A stretch of 64,000 nt of DNA from Candidatus Hydrothermarchaeales archaeon (GTDB lineage: Archaea; Hydrothermarchaeota; Hydrothermarchaeia; Hydrothermarchaeales; JAZGAD01). The stretch is taken from contig JAZGAD010000047.1 of the NCBI GenBank assembly GCA_036444275.1, positions 1 through 64,000 of the forward strand. The letters are read 5' to 3'. The position numbers and the translations under genes were made by a program. The notes below the pieces were generated by a model. It did no database searches. It saw only the letters and a program-made list of their open reading frames with translations, and was not told the DNA's origin. The stretch's first letter is position 1. Every line of letters begins with the position of its first letter. This document shows positions 61,637 through 64,000 of the stretch, one piece after another.

Positions 61637-62944
61637 CTACTTTTTCAGCCTCTCTGGTACTCTCTGCTTGGCTAACAAGTCATCAAGAGTTTCTCTCTCC
61701 CTTATTAACTCGTATTCGCCTTTGCAGACTAAAATCTCGGCAGGCCTAGGCCTTAGATTGTACTGTGAGGCCATTGCAATACAGTATGCACCGGCATCCA
61801 AAAACGCGAGTATATCACCCTCCTCAACCTTAGGCAACTTCCTATCTCTTGCTAGGATATCCCCTGTTTCGCAGACATCACCTGCTATGTCGACCGCTTC
61901 TTCACCTCCAGCTTTCATCTTATTCGCCACTATCACCTCGTGGTATGCATTATACAGGAACGGCCTTGGAAAGACACTGAACCCAGCGTCCACGCCTATG
62001 AACTTCTTATAGGGTGTCTGCTTAATCGTGCTCACTCTCGTCAGCATCACCGCTGAGTCGCCGACTATATACCTACCGGGCTCTAAGTAGAGCACAGGCT
62101 CCTTCAACCCATAGTCCTCGATCTTCTCTCGTAATATAGGGACCAGCGCCTCAGCTAAATCTCTCGGCGTAATATACTCCTTGCTTTCTTCGTACCGGAT
62201 TCCTAGGCCCCCACCTAAGTCGACGAACTCCAAGTCTAAGCCGAGTTCTTTTTTCAGGTTCCCAGCAATATCGAGGAGCTTTACAGTCGCCTCTTTGTAG
62301 GGCGATACCTCCGTGATCTGGGAGCCTATATGCATGTGAATCCCTAGAATTCTAAACCCAAGGTCCCGTGCCTCTTTGTATGCCTTTAGAGCTTCCTCTT
62401 CGTGAATCCCAAACTTGCTCTCCTTTAAACCGGTTGCAAGATGGGGATGGGTCTTTGGAGAGACCGAGGGATTTATTCTGAAGGAGACGCCAGCGTTCTT
62501 ATTCTTCTTGGAACAAATCCTCTTGAGCCTTCGGAGTTCATGAAGCGCATCTATATTTATCGTAATCCCGGCGTCTACCGCCAGCTCCAACTCCTCGTCT
62601 GTCTTGTTATTCCCTGTGAAGATTATTTGCCCGGGCTTTAACCCGACGAGCAGCGCAGTCTTGATGTCGCCGTAGGAGAGCGCATCTGCACCGGCGCCCT
62701 CTCGCCTGAGTATATGACAGACCGATAGACTTGCATTGGCCTTGTAGGCATACCGGATCTCAACTTTCGGGTAGAGCGCCGTAAATGCGCCTAGAAACTC
62801 CTGGTAACGCTCTCTGATGCGTTCCTCATCAATAACGTAGAGAGGTGTTCCAAAGATACGTGCTAGCTCCAGGGTATCAATGCTGCCTATCGTTAAATTA
62901 CCTTCCTTGTTCACCCCAAGGTGTGATCTGTAGTCGAGAATCAT
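61637..62944 (-). CDS. lysA: Diaminopimelate decarboxylase
   Basis: FGTPLYV, YAYKAN, SKFG, HMHIGSQ, EPGRYIV, CETGD, GAYC..MASQYN. Confidence 0.96.
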   Translation of the reverse strand: MILDYRSHLGVNKEGNLTIGSIDTLELARIFGTPLYVIDEERIRERYQEFLGAFTALYPKVEIRYAYKANASLSVCHILRREGAGADALSYGDIKTALLVGLKPGQIIFTGNNKTDEELELAVDAGITINIDALHELRRLKRICSKKNKNAGVSFRINPSVSPKTHPHLATGLKESKFGIHEEEALKAYKEARDLGFRILGIHMHIGSQITEVSPYKEATVKLLDIAGNLKKELGLDLEFVDLGGGLGIRYEESKEYITPRDLAEALVPILREKIEDYGLKEPVLYLEPGRYIVGDSAVMLTRVSTIKQTPYKKFIGVDAGFSVFPRPFLYNAYHEVIVANKMKAGGEEAVDIAGDVCETGDILARDRKLPKVEEGDILAFLDAGAYCIAMASQYNLRPRPAEILVCKGEYELIRERETLDDLLAKQRVPERLKK

Positions 62945-63999
62945 AGGACCCCCTCCAGTCTCTCCAATGCCTCCTTAATCCTCTCCACCGATTGGGTCAG
63001 AGAAAAGCGTATGTAGCCTTCTCCATGCGCGCCGAAGCCCACGCCAGGAGTGCATACCACGTCAGCTTCGCCCAATAGCTTGTCAGCGAAGGCAATAGAG
63101 CTTCCTGGAACTTCCACCCAGAGATAGAAAGTAGCCTTAGGTTTCTCACACTGCATTCCCAGTCTAATCAAACCGTCAACGAGGACGTCCCTCCGCTTCT
63201 GGTATACCCTAATGTTTTCTTGGACACATTCCTGGGAAGAGGTCAGCGCCGTTACCCCTGCCTCCTGTATTATCTGAGATGCCCCTGAGTCTATGTTGGC
63301 CTTCACTCTTCCAAAAGCCTCAATGAACTCTTCACTGCCTACAGCATAGGCAATCCGCCAGCCTGTCATATTATATGTCTTGGAGAGGGAGTCGAAGACT
63401 ATACCTACTTCCCTAGAGTTCTTGACCTCAAAAAGGGACACAGGATTATAGCCGAAAGCTATCTTGGAGTATGCTTCATCAGAGCATAGCACGATCTCAT
63501 TATCGATTGCGAAGTCCACCACCTCCTTGTAGAATTCCATTCCAGCCACAGAGGCGGTAGGATTATTAGGATAGTTGATCCACATCAGCTTGGCCCTCCT
63601 AGCAACTTCCTTTGGTATAGCATTCAGATCTGGTAGGAAGGAGTTCTCTTTCAAAAGGGGCATAGCATGTGTCTCACCACCAGCGAACAATGCACCGGTC
63701 CTGTAGACAGGGTAGCCAGGGTCAGGGTAAAGCACCACGTCTCCAGGGTCGACGAAGGCGAAGTTGATGTTGTGAATCCCCTCCTTGGAGCCTATTAGGG
63801 TTAGGACTTCTCTCTCGGGGTCAAGCTCTACTCCGTAGTCCCTCTTATAGCGCTCTGCAACTGCCCTCCGAAACTTCAGCATGCCCTTATAGCTGGGATA
63901 ACGGTGATTCTCAGGGTTATCAGCTGCCCCACAGCATGCCTCTACTATGTGTCTCGGAGTAGGCAGATCAGGGTCCCCAACACCGAGGTCTATTACGTC
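62941..63999 (-). CDS. dapL: LL-diaminopimelate aminotransferase (5' end beyond window)
   Basis: DLGVGDPD, NHRYPSY, LIGSKEGI, NYPNNPT, SLSKTYNMTGWR; ATGA coupling to lysA. Confidence 0.82.
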   Translation of the reverse strand, partial: DVIDLGVGDPDLPTPRHIVEACCGAADNPENHRYPSYKGMLKFRRAVAERYKRDYGVELDPEREVLTLIGSKEGIHNINFAFVDPGDVVLYPDPGYPVYRTGALFAGGETHAMPLLKENSFLPDLNAIPKEVARRAKLMWINYPNNPTASVAGMEFYKEVVDFAIDNEIVLCSDEAYSKIAFGYNPVSLFEVKNSREVGIVFDSLSKTYNMTGWRIAYAVGSEEFIEAFGRVKANIDSGASQIIQEAGVTALTSSQECVQENIRVYQKRRDVLVDGLIRLGMQCEKPKATFYLWVEVPGSSIAFADKLLGEADVVCTPGVGFGAHGEGYIRFSLTQSVERIKEALERLEGVL

Positions 64000-64000
64000 T

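Overview
Archaeal (euryarchaeal-type) chromosomal window; the gene mix suggests a lineage such as Ca. Hydrothermarchaeota (inference, not verified). Housekeeping content: XPB-Bax1, secF-secD, trmI, pyrBI, HMG-CoA synthase/thiolase/DUF35, TFB, cdhC-cdhD-cdhE (ACS/CFeSP), nop5-fibrillarin, Sm-rpl37e-purF, split arcS, dapL-lysA, dapF, class II HMG-CoA reductase, three NDP-sugar epimerases and two tRNAs (Pro-CGG, Ala-GGC). The main discovery candidate is a ~13 kb locus (33.1-46.5 kb). It has two paralogous membrane histidine kinases whose extracellular sensor resembles an ethylbenzene-dehydrogenase-gamma/DOMON-like heme domain with a CX3CH motif. These sit with stand-alone receivers and REC-PAS-kinases around an octaheme cytochrome c / small cytochrome c / cytochrome b operon, suggesting an extracellular heme-based redox-sensing phosphorelay. 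A second accessory block (12.05-18.67 kb), bounded by identical 14-bp palindromic motifs, carries repeat-rich surface proteins and an unknown paralogous pair of helix-hairpin-helix proteins. Three Cys-rich micro-ORFs missed by the ORF track were found by reading the sequence, one of them translationally coupled between nop5 and fibrillarin.
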